Of a stretch of DNA of 64,000 nt, positions 25,252 through 37,321 are shown one piece after another. The stretch spans positions 39,370,001-39,434,000 of the forward strand of contig OX597829.1 in the NCBI GenBank assembly GCA_951406725.2, given 5' to 3'. This stretch comes from Octopus vulgaris. Lineage: Eukaryota. The position numbers were made by a program, and so were the translations under genes. The notes under the pieces were generated by a model. That model worked only from the letters and a program-made list of their open reading frames with translations. It ran no database searches and had not been told where the DNA came from. Numbering within the stretch: the first letter of the stretch is position 1; the number at the start of each line of letters is the position of its first letter.

Positions 25252-25444
25252 TAATCCAAACAAGAAAACAAAAAAACACAACAAGGACGTGGAACAAATA
25301 AAGTATTATTGGACGCTATATATACAATTTAAAAATAGGATAAAATCTTCATAGAAATTTATCAAGTAGTTGACGTGAAAAACCTCATAAGAGAAAAAAA
25401 AAACCCATCAATTTTTTTCCTTTAAATTTATTTATTTATATTAT

Positions 25445-25620
25445 ATAGAGGGCACTATTACACATAGATGCCACACGTTAGGAGGGGCTCTTAAAGTCAA
25501 AACTACTAAATGACCTGCTTCGAGAATTGGTTTTGGTACGATGTGTTTATTTATTTTAGTAGTTTTGACTTTAAGAGTCCCTCCTTGCGTGTGGTATCTA
25601 TGTGTAATAATGCCCTCTAT
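25445..25620. mobile_element. Fold-back MITE-like element in TA context
   Basis: About 65-bp inverted arms atagagggcactattacac...actactaaa and tttagtag...aatgccctctat. Confidence 0.7.
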
Positions 25621-25710
25621 AATATATATATATATATATTCTGTTTTGGGATTTGGTTTGCAAGATTCTTTATATGAGTTCGTGTGTTGAGGCATATTCT
25701 GTTGGGTCTG

Positions 25711-25989
25711 GAGAGAGTCATATTCTTGTTGCGCCTTATAATGTAACACACTCACCTGTAAAATTTCCACTTTGTTTCTTTTCTTACTTTTATTTCCCTA
25801 AAATTTTCGTTGAGTCCTGGAACCAACCTTTTCAATAGTCTTGACTCTGTCCGTTATTTACACTGCAGTGTCAAGAATATTGAAAAGGTTGCAAGACTCA
25901 ACGAAAATTTTAGGAAAATAAAAATAAGAAATAAGTGGAAATTTTACCGGTGAGTGAGTTACATTATAAGGTATAAAAAGAAAATGACT

Positions 25990-25993
<4 letters not shown>
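25711..25993. mobile_element. Inverted Penelope-like fragment with a hammerhead motif on each arm
   Basis: Arms 25711-25849 and 25866-25993; see ribozyme feature. Confidence 0.7.
25798..25838 (-). ncRNA. Minimal type-I hammerhead ribozyme motif, U3-A8 core variant
   Basis: cta-TTGAAAA-g-gttg-gttccaggact-caac-GAAA-at-TT-tag; mirror copy at 25877-25913 on plus. Confidence 0.6.
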
Positions 25994-26120
<127 letters not shown>

Positions 26121-26409
26121 GTATAAGAACATACAGAAAAATTTCTAGAATAGCATGACAAACACACTGGCTGGATAGCTGGAGACATAAATGCAATAAA
26201 TTTAAACATGTAGGTGGAACTGGTGCAAATCTACGGTTGGAATAGGAGTGGGTAAAATGGTTGAGAAAGAAGTAGGGAGATGTGGTTTCAGGTAAGAAGA
26301 ATTCTATTGAAATGTTTGATTCAACAGAAATGATGAAGTGTGACCCTGACTGATGATGCATCAAGTAAGATTTTTTTCTTTCTTCTTCTTTACTGTGCTT
26401 GTGTGTGTT

Positions 26410-27045
26410 TATATACGTACATACGTACGTACGTACATACATACATACACACATACATACATACACACATACATACGTACGTACATACATACATATACAT
26501 ACATACACACATACATACGTACATACACACATACATACGTACATACACACATACAAACATACATACACACATACAAACATACACACATACAAACACACTC
26601 ATACACACACATACATACATACATACACTCATACACACACACATAGAAACATACAAACATACATTCATACACACATACATACATACATACAAACATACAT
26701 ACATACATACATACAAACATACATACATACATACATACACACATACAAACATACATACACACATACAAACATACACACACATACATACATACGTGCATAC
26801 ATACACATACATACACATACATACAAACATACACTCATACACACACACATACAAACATACATTCATACATACATACATACATACATACATACATACACAC
26901 ATACAAACATACATACATACACACATACAAACATACACTCATACACACATACATACGTGCATACATACATACACATACATACAAACATACATTCATACAA
27001 CACACATACATTCATACACACATACATACATACATACGCACATGT
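26410..27045. repeat. Long (CATA)n/(CA)n compound microsatellite
   Basis: Seen directly. Confidence 0.95.
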
Positions 27046-27418
27046 CTCTGCGTATGTTATATGTGTGTACTGTTCTTTACACATTAAAAAAAAGTTAAAT
27101 TCTAAGTGTTCTCGTAATTAGGTCTGCGAGTGAAACCATTCCATCAATGTGTAATGTTAGTGTACTTGAATGACAGACCTGAGCAGAAGACGTGGGTGTA
27201 AGAGGAATCAGTTGTAGAGTCCCAAAGAAAGGAATGGTAGAGTCAGTCACGGATGATGCATATGGAAGACGACTGTTAAGTGCATTTGCTTGTGTGTATG
27301 CAGGATTCTCTGTCAGTTTTGGTAATGAGTATTTAACCGTAGAAAGGCATGAACACTTTCTACTGGTTGAATTAATACTTAAGTGAGCTGACTATTCTTC
27401 AGAGGCGTGCACCTTTAA

Positions 27419-27893
27419 CCCTTTCGTTACCAACCCGGCTGAAACCGGTTCTGGCTCTGAGTACAAATGTCTTGTTTTCAGGAGTTTTGAATTAAAATCT
27501 TCCACTAAACCTTAGTCACATTTTTATGTTCCTAACACTTGCTGAACAATAACTATGTTATTTTACTAAATTCTTTGTTATATTTAAAATTAATTGAAAG
27601 AAACACAGAGCATCTCAACAGAAATACAGTAACAAAAGGGTTTAAATATATAATAGAGAAACAATTCTTAACTCTTTTGATACTAACCTGGCTGAAACTG
27701 GCTCTGGCTCTGTAATACAAATGTCTTGTTTCCATAAGTTTTGAATTAAAATCTTCCACCAAACCTTAGTCGCAATTTATGTTCCTAACACCAGCTTAAT
27801 GATAACCAAGTTATTTTACTAAATTCTTTGTTATATTTAAAATTAATTGAAAGAAACACAGAGCATCTCAACAGAAATACAGTAACGAAAGGG
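27419..27893. mobile_element. Tandem dimer of piggyBac-type MITE P1
   Basis: Two units separated by aaatatataatagagaaacaatt; outer TTAA flanks. Confidence 0.85.
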
Positions 27894-28232
27894 TTAATGT
27901 TGTTCTCAGGCCAAATCAGAACTATCCAATGTGACAAAGCTGGACCTTTTGAGTTATAGGTCTGATTGATTTGACAGGCTTCCATGTAGGTTCCTTCAAC
28001 CTAATTCCACTCATGAAGCTTGTGCTGAGTAAGGGTATGTTTAAATGGAGGAAATGAAAAAAAAAAAAGACTATAATTTAAGATGTCGCATATTGGGATC
28101 AAACTGAAGACCTAATGATTGTAAAGGTAACTTCTTAACTACTTTGTCATGCTTGGATTGCTTTATTCCTTTTTTTCACACACCCACTTCTGTGTGTGTA
28201 TATATATACTTTATTTAAAAGTATATATATTT

Positions 28233-28285
28233 AACAAAACTGTCTGCCAAACGGGAACGTGAAACTCCGAGTAACAGGTTTTGTT
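28233..28285 (+). ncRNA. Degenerate minimal hammerhead motif in a Penelope-like fragment (28209-28382)
   Basis: aacaaaactgt-CTGCCAA-acg-ggaa-cgt-GAAAC-tccga-GTA-acaggttttgtt. Confidence 0.5.
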
Positions 28286-28381
28286 GAATTTCTGCTGCTT
28301 TTAAATAAAGCATATTACTCTACCCCTGGTATTTGAGTACTCTTTTTTCCACCTTGTTTCACATTTATGTGTTTACTCCGG

Positions 28382-28412
<31 letters not shown>

Positions 28413-29052
28413 CATTTATATATATATATATATATATAAATATGTAAACGACATACACACATATGTGTATCTATATCTATAATCTATATAAATATAAAAT
28501 AACGAGGATATATATTTATATATATGCACACACATACACACACACTCACACACATGTAGGTATGTATATTAGAAAACATTGATTTCATTTTGGCAGTAGC
28601 TATCAACTTTTGTAGGAAATGCAAATTGATGAAGGTCCACCCACTCTGCTATGACATATTTCTGATAAAATTAGAATACCGTGGGAAAAATATTCTTCTT
28701 GAAACGTAGCACAGAACCATAACTGTAGTATGTCTCTTATTTATTTAAGTTTCCAGCTGTTTCTTAGTTATTTGAAATTTGCCACATAATATATATTCAT
28801 CTTTTGTGTATAGAGCTTGACTATTATTTTAAGGTACCGTTCCTGATTTTTAATCAATTTGTTTGAAGTCAGTTCAATATATTGACATTGCATACGTATT
28901 AGCTATATCTTTTACTTGTTTCAGTCATCAGACTGTGACCATGCTGGGGCACTACCTTCAAGAATCTTTAGTTGAATGAATTGACCCCGATTATTATAAT
29001 TATTCTATCAGTCGCTTTTGATGAACTGCTAAGTTATAGGGATGTAAACATA

Positions 29053-29087
<35 letters not shown>

Positions 29088-29257
29088 ATAATAATATTAG
29101 GGAGTATAACTCCAAACTTACAGGGAAAAATTCAATTTAGCATTAAATCAAATTTCACAGTATAAATATATAAAAATATGAATTAGAGATAAAACCACTA
29201 TCATGCAACTCAAACAGTGATTGACATAAATAACAAATAATATATATAATTAATATA

Positions 29258-29288
<31 letters not shown>

Positions 29289-29801
29289 TATTAGGGTTCA
29301 GCAAAAAAATTTACTTTGAACCCTAATTATATAAAGTAATGTTTTAAATATACCGTAAATAGTCTTTTTACATACTGAACGCTGCTTGGTAAAATTATTA
29401 ATTAATTTTACCCTTATTATTAATATATAAATATATATATATATATATATTTTGATTTTTGATTTTTCCAGTTTCAGCTAATTTTTATATTTTTTATATA
29501 TATATATGATTGTTTGTAGAAATACATAAATCTAGAGGAGAGGCACACATTGGAGTTTTTATGGCTATAGTCTTGGACTAGCTGCATGGTTTGCTATCTC
29601 AAGTGCAGGATGTTTCTATGAGACACCACTAGTGTGGTTGGCCATTGACTCACAATGAGCTTATCTGTCTTTGGTTTTTTTTAGATCTGCAGGGTGTCCA
29701 CAAACCCCTTATCACTTGACTAGCCAGATGGGTGGGTAGTCCTGATTTTCATGGTACCATAAGCTGGATTTTCCTGTCCTGACTTGGATCAAACAATTAA
29801 T

Positions 29802-30092
29802 ACTCGTGAGCGTGATCGTTACCAGCATCACCTTACTGGCACCTGTGCCGGTGGCATGTGTAAAAGATTCGAGCGAGGTCATTGCCAATACTGCCTGACT
29901 GGCCCCATGCCGGGGGCACATAAAAAGCAGCCAAATTACACTCTCGGCGTGGTTGGCGTTAGGAAGGGCATCCAGCTGTAGAAACTCTGCCAGATCAAGA
30001 TTGAAGCCTGGTGCAGCCATCTGGTTTGCCAGCCCTCAGTCATACGTCCAATCCATGCTAGCATGGAAAGCAGATGTTAAACGATGATGATG
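29802..30092 (+). mobile_element. RTE 3' UTR copy (family C, second subfamily)
   Basis: ggttggcgttaggaagggcatcc motif; gttaaacgatgatgat tail. Confidence 0.85.
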
Positions 30093-30446
30093 AAATGACC
30101 AAGGATTGAGCATGAAACAATGGGTGACCATTTCTACAGTTGTTTGAACTTGACTTACAAGATTCAACAGCAAAATTCCTTTAAAAAAATCACACTCACC
30201 CCCCCCCCTCACTCCACCGCCCAAAAAATGGAAGACTATATCAACTACTGTTTTCTTAGGCATACAAAAACAACAGGATGGTTACAACTGGAAAACAGAA
30301 CATTTAGTCATCAGCCAATCAAGACTGAACTGGAGATCTAGATGTAATGCATTGTGATATCAAAATGATTCTAAAATAGTCTAAGGGTGGTTTTTTTGAG
30401 TTGTAAAATATCCAATTCTCTCTCTCTCTCTCTCTCTTGCGATATA

Positions 30447-30592
30447 TATTTCTTCATTACCCACAAGGGGCTAAACATAGAGGGGACAAACAAGAACAGG
30501 CAAACGGATTAAGGCGATTACATTGACCCCAGTGCGTAACTGGTACTTAATTTATCGACCCTGAAAGGATGAAAGGCAAAGTCGACCTCGGC
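30447..30592 (-). mobile_element. SINE family A, 5'-truncated
   Basis: 3' half of consensus. Confidence 0.85.
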
Positions 30593-31253
30593 TATATATA
30601 TATATATATATATATATTGAGAGAAAGAGAGAGAGAGAGAGAAAGAAGAGGAAAGAGAAATGTATGTTGCAGGTAGCGGTATGCTTTTCTACAAGGTGTG
30701 GTAACAGATGTTTAATAAAGCACGACTGACTTGTATATCTGTGAGGTGAACAGTTGTCATCAGTGCTGCCACAACCACAACCTAAGTCGCCACAACCACC
30801 ACCACCACTGCCACCACAGCATACCAATGTTCTTGATTTAGAGTACATCGTTTTGTGCTTCTCATTTTTTTTTTTTTGTCTTTTATTGCTTGTGGCATAA
30901 AACTTTAGGCTATAATCATTACAACCTTATTATTACCCCGAAAACAATCATATCCACTTGTATATCTTCTTCCTTTTAATTAGCTGTAACTATTTGCATA
31001 ACCTAAGTTGCTGTTGTTTATAGCAGAGGAGTGTGTAGTAATGGCTGTGATATCAGTATCAATGTATTTTACACACACACACATACACACATGCACATGC
31101 ACACACACACACACACGCATACTCATGCACATATATATACAAACAAGTAAAAAGTACTTGTAACCTAGTAACCGTAATGTCAAAAAGTATGACACTCTGA
31201 GTAACAACAGTGTAAAATGTTATTCCACAGAACCTCCATAAAACTAAACACCA

Positions 31254-31601
31254 ATCATCATCATCGTTTAATGTCCACTTCCCATGCTAGCATGGGTTGG
31301 ACAATTTTGACTGAGAGCTGGCGAGCCAGATGGCTGCACCAGGCTCCAATCTTGATCTGGCAGAGTTTCTACAGCTGGATGCCCTTCCTAACACCAACCA
31401 CTCCGAGGGTGTAGTGCGTGCTTTTATGTGCCACCGGCACGGGGGCCAGTCAGGTGGTACTGGCAATGACCTCGCTCGAATCTTTTTACATGTGACAGTG
31501 AAGCGATGTTGGTAACGATTACGCTCAAATGGTGCCCTTTTACGTGCCACGGGTACGGAAGCCAATTGGCTGCTCTGGCAACGATCACACTCGGATGGTG
31601 T
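31254..31601 (-). mobile_element. RTE 3' UTR copy (family C)
   Basis: Tail and internal repeat modules match the family. Confidence 0.85.
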
Positions 31602-31809
31602 TCTTGTCCAAGCCTAGTTAGGTTGCCTATGAAGGAAACCAAGCAATACCAAAGCATGTGATCCCCAAAGACTATGAATCCCAAAGACAAGAATATAATA
31701 TACGAGAAACTGATTTGTAAAATTGGTTGCATTGCATAATGAGTGCTTATTTTTTTCTGACTTTGGTATTCTTAGACAACTCTCTCTCTCTCTCTCTCTC
31801 TGTATGCAT

Positions 31810-32095
31810 GCCGACCAAAGCCTTGTGAGTGGATTTGGTAGACGGAAACTGAAAGAAGCCTGTCGTATATATATATATGTGTGTGTGTGTGTTTGTGTGT
31901 CTGAGTTCGTCCCACCCCCAACATCTCTTGACAACTGATGCTGGTGTGTTTACGTCCCTGTAACTTAGCAGTTTGGCAAAAGAGGCCGATAGAATAAGTA
32001 CTAGGCTTATGAAGGATAAGCCCTGGAGTTGATTTGCTCGACTAAAGGCGGTGCTCCAGCATGGTCACTGTCAAATGACTGAAACAAGTAAAAGA
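31810..32095 (+). mobile_element. SINE family B, 5'-truncated
   Basis: ccgaccaaagccttgtgagtggatttggtagacgg...gaaacaagtaaaag. Confidence 0.85.
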
Positions 32096-32099
32096 GAGA

Positions 32100-32130
<31 letters not shown>

Positions 32131-32135
<5 letters not shown>

Positions 32136-32811
32136 CAGATGCACAGGGACAATAGACACCACATACACTCAGAAAGCAGATTCCATCACACTCCAGGGAG
32201 AGAAACTAGAAGTAGTTGATAGTTTCCGCTACCTGGGTGACCAAGTTAGTAGCGGAGGTGGATGCACAGAGAGTATCACCACTAGAATACGAATAGCCTG
32301 GGCAAAGTTCAGAAAGCTCCTACCCCTACTGGCGAAAAAGGGTCTCTCCCTCAGAGCGAAAGGTAGACTGTATGATGCATGTGTGCGAACTGCCATGCTT
32401 CACGGTAATGAAACATGGGCTATGACTGCAGAGGACATGCGTAGACTTGAAAGAAATGAAGCTAGCATGATCCGCTGGATGTGTAATGTCAGTGTGCACG
32501 CACGACAGAGTGTAAGCATCCTGAGAGAAATGCTGGATATAAGAAGCATCAGATGTGGTGTGCAAGAGCGACGCTTGCGATGGTATGGTCATGTGCTGCG
32601 GATGGATGAGGAGAGATGTGTGAAGAAGTGCCACTCCCAAACAGTTGAAGGTATCAGGGGGAGAGGTAGACCCAGGAAGACATGGGATGAGGCAGTCAAG
32701 CTTGACCTCAGAGCGTTGGGCCTCACCGAGGCAATGGCGAAGGACCGAGATCTCTGGAGACATGCTGTGACTGCAAAGACCCGGGCTGCTTCCTGCATCA
32801 GTTCCGCATAG
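32131..32811 (+). pseudogene. 5'-truncated RTE LINE ORF (RT thumb and C-terminus), reading frame uninterrupted
   Basis: In frame from 32131: CGRC...LEVVDSFRYLGD...RIRIAWAKFRKL...LHGNETW...RRLRWYGHVLRM...GRGRPRKTW...DRDLWR*; no start codon or RT core. Confidence 0.92.
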
Positions 32812-33259
32812 CCCCTGCCCATTCAAAGTACCCCGGATCCCAGATCGTCCCGCTGTGCTTGAGGAGACCTGTTGAGTCAAGTACATGAACACTCCGAACA
32901 CCCCTCCCCACTGGTGCTCCCCTATATTTCTGCACCCCCTCCCCACATAAAAAGCACCATCCGAACGTGGCCGATGCCAGCACCGCCCCGACTGGCTTCT
33001 GTGCAGGTGGCACATAAAAAGCACCAACCGACCGTGGCCGATGCCAGACCCCTCTGGCACCTGTGCAGGTGGCATGTAAAAAGCACCCACTACACTCGCG
33101 GAGTGGTTGGCGTTAGGAAGGGCATCCAGCTGTAGAAACACTGCCAGACCAGACTGGAACCTGGGGCAGCCCCTGGCTCCCCAGACCCCGGTCGAAACCG
33201 TCCAACCCGTGCTAGCGCGGAAAACGGACGTTAAACGATGATGATGATGATGATGATGA
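32812..33259 (+). mobile_element. RTE LINE 3' UTR with repeated modules and (GAT)n tail
   Basis: Contiguous with the ORF stop codon; same sequence as the dispersed family C. Confidence 0.9.
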
Positions 33260-33540
33260 TATTGGTAAAAACAGTAAGATAACAAATGAAAGAAAGAGAC
33301 CTCAATATTATGTAAATAGAGGAATTTATCTGTAAATATATGTGACAATTATTCTGTAGCCAAGATAAAACTCTGAGTTTTGGATGCCGAGGTGGAAATC
33401 CACACCACCATCTCTTCAGTTATCTGGCCATCGGAAAAACGCTATCCAGATAGCATTTTTCCGATGGCTGGATTTCCACCTTGGCATCTGAAACTCGGAG
33501 TTTTATCTTGGCTACCGAATAATTGTCACATATTATATTT
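33260..33540. mobile_element. Penelope-like inverted-repeat fragment
   Basis: Arms 33339-33402 and 33469-33532; inner hairpin 33427-33468; (TA)n flank. Confidence 0.7.
33363..33425 (-). ncRNA. Type-I hammerhead motif with canonical CUGAAGA core (G12 mutated in this copy)
   Basis: agataa-CTGAAGA-gatg...catc-c(a)aaac-tcaga-GTT-ttatct; opposite arm reads catc-tgaaac-tcgga-gtt. Confidence 0.6.
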
Positions 33541-34143
33541 ATATATATATATATATATAATATCTTAATAGCATGTTTTAATATTTTATGAAAGTGGATG
33601 TTTGCATATTCTAAGTTGTAGGCCATGGTGTTGCGCTGAGCTTTCTGAAATTTTACAGAGGCACAGATCCATCCTGAGAGAAAGGTCTTTGAATTGAACT
33701 TAAATATAAATATGAAATTAATAATAATAAATAAAAAATGCCTTTTGATGATGATTCTCAAAAATCATGCTGGGCATTTGTGTCTTCAAATACCACTAGT
33801 TACTAGTACAAGGTATGTAGATTGTTTCAGCTGTTTGTTTCAAATTGTTGATTTTTAATGTTTTGTGTCTCTTTAGAATAAAGATAAAGATATGACACCA
33901 TTATGAACGGAACAGAAGCACATATCATTATCTCTTGTCATTCATTTTCATTTACCCTCAGTGAATGCTTATTTTACAAGAACTCCCATTAAGAGCTGGG
34001 GGGGGGGGGCTACACAAGAGCAAGTCTTATACACCAACAGCCAACAAGAAAGCCTCTATGTAGCTAACAGTAGCAACTGAACCACTCTCAAATTTCACCC
34101 TGTAGTTGTACAATGTAGTCTCTGGTATTAAAAAAAAAAAAGA

Positions 34144-34458
34144 CTCCGCCGGTTACGACGACGAGGGTCCCAGCTGATACGATCAACGGAACAGCTTGCT
34201 CGTGAAATTAATGTGCAAATGACTGAGCATTCCACAGACACGTGTACCCTTAACGTAGTTCTCGGGGATAATCAGCGTGACACAGAGAGTGACAAGGCTG
34301 ACCCTTTGAAGTACAAGTACAACTCATTTTTGCCAGCTGAGTGGACTGGAGCAACGTGAAATAAAGTGTCTTGCTCAAGGACACAACGCATCGCCGGGAA
34401 TCGAACTCACAACCTTACAATCATGAGCCGAATGCCCTAACCACTAAGCCACGCGCCC
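34144..34458 (-). mobile_element. tRNA-derived SINE family D
   Basis: Minus-strand head ggcgcgtggcttagtggttaggg...gagttcgattcc followed by gtgtccttgagcaagacactt. Confidence 0.85.
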
Positions 34459-34536
34459 TGGTATACAAAAGACAAGACAGTCTTCTTTTTTATGCTTTGC
34501 AAGGATGAAAGGGAAAGTGAATTTTAGGTAGAACAT

Positions 34537-34886
34537 CGGGGTTGAGACCCCCTTCGGTGATGACACTGACCATGGGATTGCACCTAGAAAGTTACCCTCC
34601 CAGGCACAAGTCTGGGCAAGGTGGTTTTATGGAAGACCAGCAGTCGCCCATGCATACCAGCCTCCTCTCTCTCCATGCCACCAGTGTTATCCAAGGGAAA
34701 GGCAAAGGGGCCGATACAGCTTGGCACCCGTGACGTCGCAACTCATTTCTACAGCTGAGTTAACTGGAGCAACGTGAAATAAAGTGTCTTGCTCAAGAAC
34801 ACAACACGCATCCCGGTCCGGGATTCGAGCTCACAACCTCACGATCGTAGGCTCGACGCTCTAACCACTGAGCCATGCGCCTTCAC
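34537..34886 (-). mobile_element. tRNA-derived SINE family D variant (different 3' half)
   Basis: Same head and core as 34144; 3' half shared with 48070-48384. Confidence 0.85.
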
Positions 34887-35599
34887 TATTGGTAGAACAT
34901 AACAGTTATATAATTAGATACCACAATGTATTTTGTCTGCTAGTCTGCTGCTTTTCAAATATCCATCTATCCATGAATGAACAAATCAATCAACATTATT
35001 ATTTTATGACTAGTTTTCCATGCTGGCAAGTACTGGACTTAAAGATTCTTAATTGGTGTTACTTCTCTTCTGGACAAGATCAAGGGCCATACCTTACTTG
35101 TATGTCTCACTTTTGGCACAATTTCTGCTAGCACTTTCTATCACCAACTACTTCGCTGTTTGTAGTGGATACATTTTATTATCGCACCAGCTCTTGGGAA
35201 GTTACATTTCCAACAAGAATAAAGTCTCGTCTACTCTACATTTTCTCCATTAATTTGCTTACCAGGACCAGAAAGCTGTCTCAAACCAAATCGAGAAGAG
35301 AGTGATATAGAGAGACTTAGTACGAACATAATGTTTGGCTGAAATTGCTACCTTCTCTCTCTTTCGGAGAGGCACTGAACAGCTTATACGCACGCATACA
35401 CACACGGCAGTAACTTCAGCCTACCGAATTCAATCACAAAGCTTCGGTTGACTCGGGGCTATAGTAGGAGACACCTGCCCAAAGTGCCACGCGGTGGGAC
35501 TGAACTCGAAACCATGTAGCTAGGAAGCAAGCTCCCTAACCACACAGCCATGCTCGCATTTTTAGATATTAAACATGTTACTCATCATCACTGCTGCTA

Positions 35600-37090
35600 T
35601 CGACACTTTTATGCCATTTTTCTCCATCTATTCATGGCCGGTCGTCTTTTCAAGCATTTCGTCTCAAGTCATGATCCTTTGTTATTTCTCCTCATGAGGT
35701 TTATCCAACTGATTTCATGCTTTGCCACTTTGTCTCTTTGGTCTACGTCTTTCACAGATTATGTCCACTCTGAATACTTCACACTTCTTTATACAACTGT
35801 GACATGCGTCACAACTCTGTAGCAATATAATCTTTTTTCTTGCTCACTATATGTTTCATCTTTTATATTTAATTTGATTTCCAGTCCAATTTCTGCTTTG
35901 TTGTTCATGCATGTTAACCTTACACGTACAGTGGAGCAGGCTCACTTTGTCATTTCTTTCCAACATTTGTAAATCCTCTGTATTCTGGGTCTTCTATACA
36001 GGATCACTCTTTATTTACAAGTACCATACAATGTAGGGATCATTTTGGCTTGAACGGCAGTTTTTAAAATAATTTCCACGTAACTAAACACTTTTAAACT
36101 TCGTATACTGGTAGAATGTGTTTATAAAACATCTTTTCTCTTGGCTTTATTGAGAAAATTCTATAGTTTGTAAGATATTTGTTGTTTTTTTCTTCTTTAA
36201 TTTTTGTAATTTCAACCAATCAATGACGTCTATTGAGGTGAAAACATTCTGTGCCGTATGAATGTGTCCCTCGTTTAAGAAACAGATTGGGTTTATTTAC
36301 ATTTCTGAAGAAAAAAAGATACCTTTCCCCCCACCCCTAACCCTAACCCTAAAACAGATTGAAATGCAATAGATCGATTCTAGGGTCATAATTATGGGTG
36401 ACAATTTCATATGACACCGCTAGAAAAAACTGCTGTTCAAACCGAAAAGATCCCAATGTAGCCTTTACTCTGTGAGAGAAACTTTTTGTTGCCAGCAGAG
36501 GTAATGATTATGAAATTTTTTCATCCCCATTCTTACTCTGGCTATTAAACTTTCAGACCCTGCCCCCACCTCCACAACTAATTAGGTCACCAAAATAACA
36601 AAAACTGTCAATGACTTTTGGGAAGCCTGCTGTGAATTTGAAGGAATTTACTGCAGCTGTTATCTACTCGTACGTATCTATTGAACACGAACTTAGTTTT
36701 TCCTCTCAGCTTGCCTATGAAATAACTGCACTTTCTTCCATCCATAGTTTATAGATTGGGTACACTGCATGGAATTTCTGTCCAGTGTTTTTCTGGATGT
36801 TGAGCATGATCACACTCCTTGATGGTAATAGGGTCCTGTCTTCTTTCCTACTAATTCAACTTTTGCCTGTCCTGGATTTACTGAGAGGCTTTTTGCTTCC
36901 GTGTTTAGAATTTCTTCTCTGAATCTTTAACCAATTTTGATTATGAGCACTGCGTCGTCACCATGCTTGTAGAGAGGTTCTAGGTAGTTTTGCTTAATCT
37001 TATGCTAATTAATTTTACTGTGTGGCACTCCTTGGCAAAGATTATATGACTAAAGTTTGCTTTTGTCAGTGTACCATGACCATCAGTCAA
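35600..37090 (-). pseudogene. Ancient RTE LINE remnant interrupted by a TIR element
   Basis: Minus-strand remnants (YFGDLISCGGG near 36560-36600; LYG.C....ILY near 35990-36030) are colinear with the 32131 ORF. Confidence 0.5.
36036..36454. mobile_element. Unclassified non-autonomous DNA transposon, about 30-bp TIR, 6-bp TSD, internal (CCCTAA)3
   Basis: gggatcattttggcttgaacggcagttttt and aaaaactgctgttcaaaccgaaaagatccc; aatgta on both sides. Confidence 0.85.
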
Positions 37091-37280
37091 AACACAAGAG
37101 TTTGTTGTTTTCTTAGTTGGAGAATAGTTTGTAACTATTTCTCAACCAGGAAGCTGTGTGCATGTGGGCTGTAAAGTTTACTTCTGGAATTTACACAAAT
37201 ATTTCATATCTAATGTTTGTAAACTCATTCCGGCATTGGAAAAAAAATGTAAAAACATACATTTACCTTCATAAATATGC

Positions 37281-37321
<41 letters not shown>

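Noticed and set aside
32940-33092. Repeat-spacer pattern resembling a CRISPR array
   Set aside because: Only two to three units with related spacers, inside a eukaryotic LINE UTR, and no cas genes.
32326-33348. 340-aa minus-strand ORF with poly-His
   Set aside because: Antisense to the RTE ORF and UTR; the His run is the (GAT)n tail.
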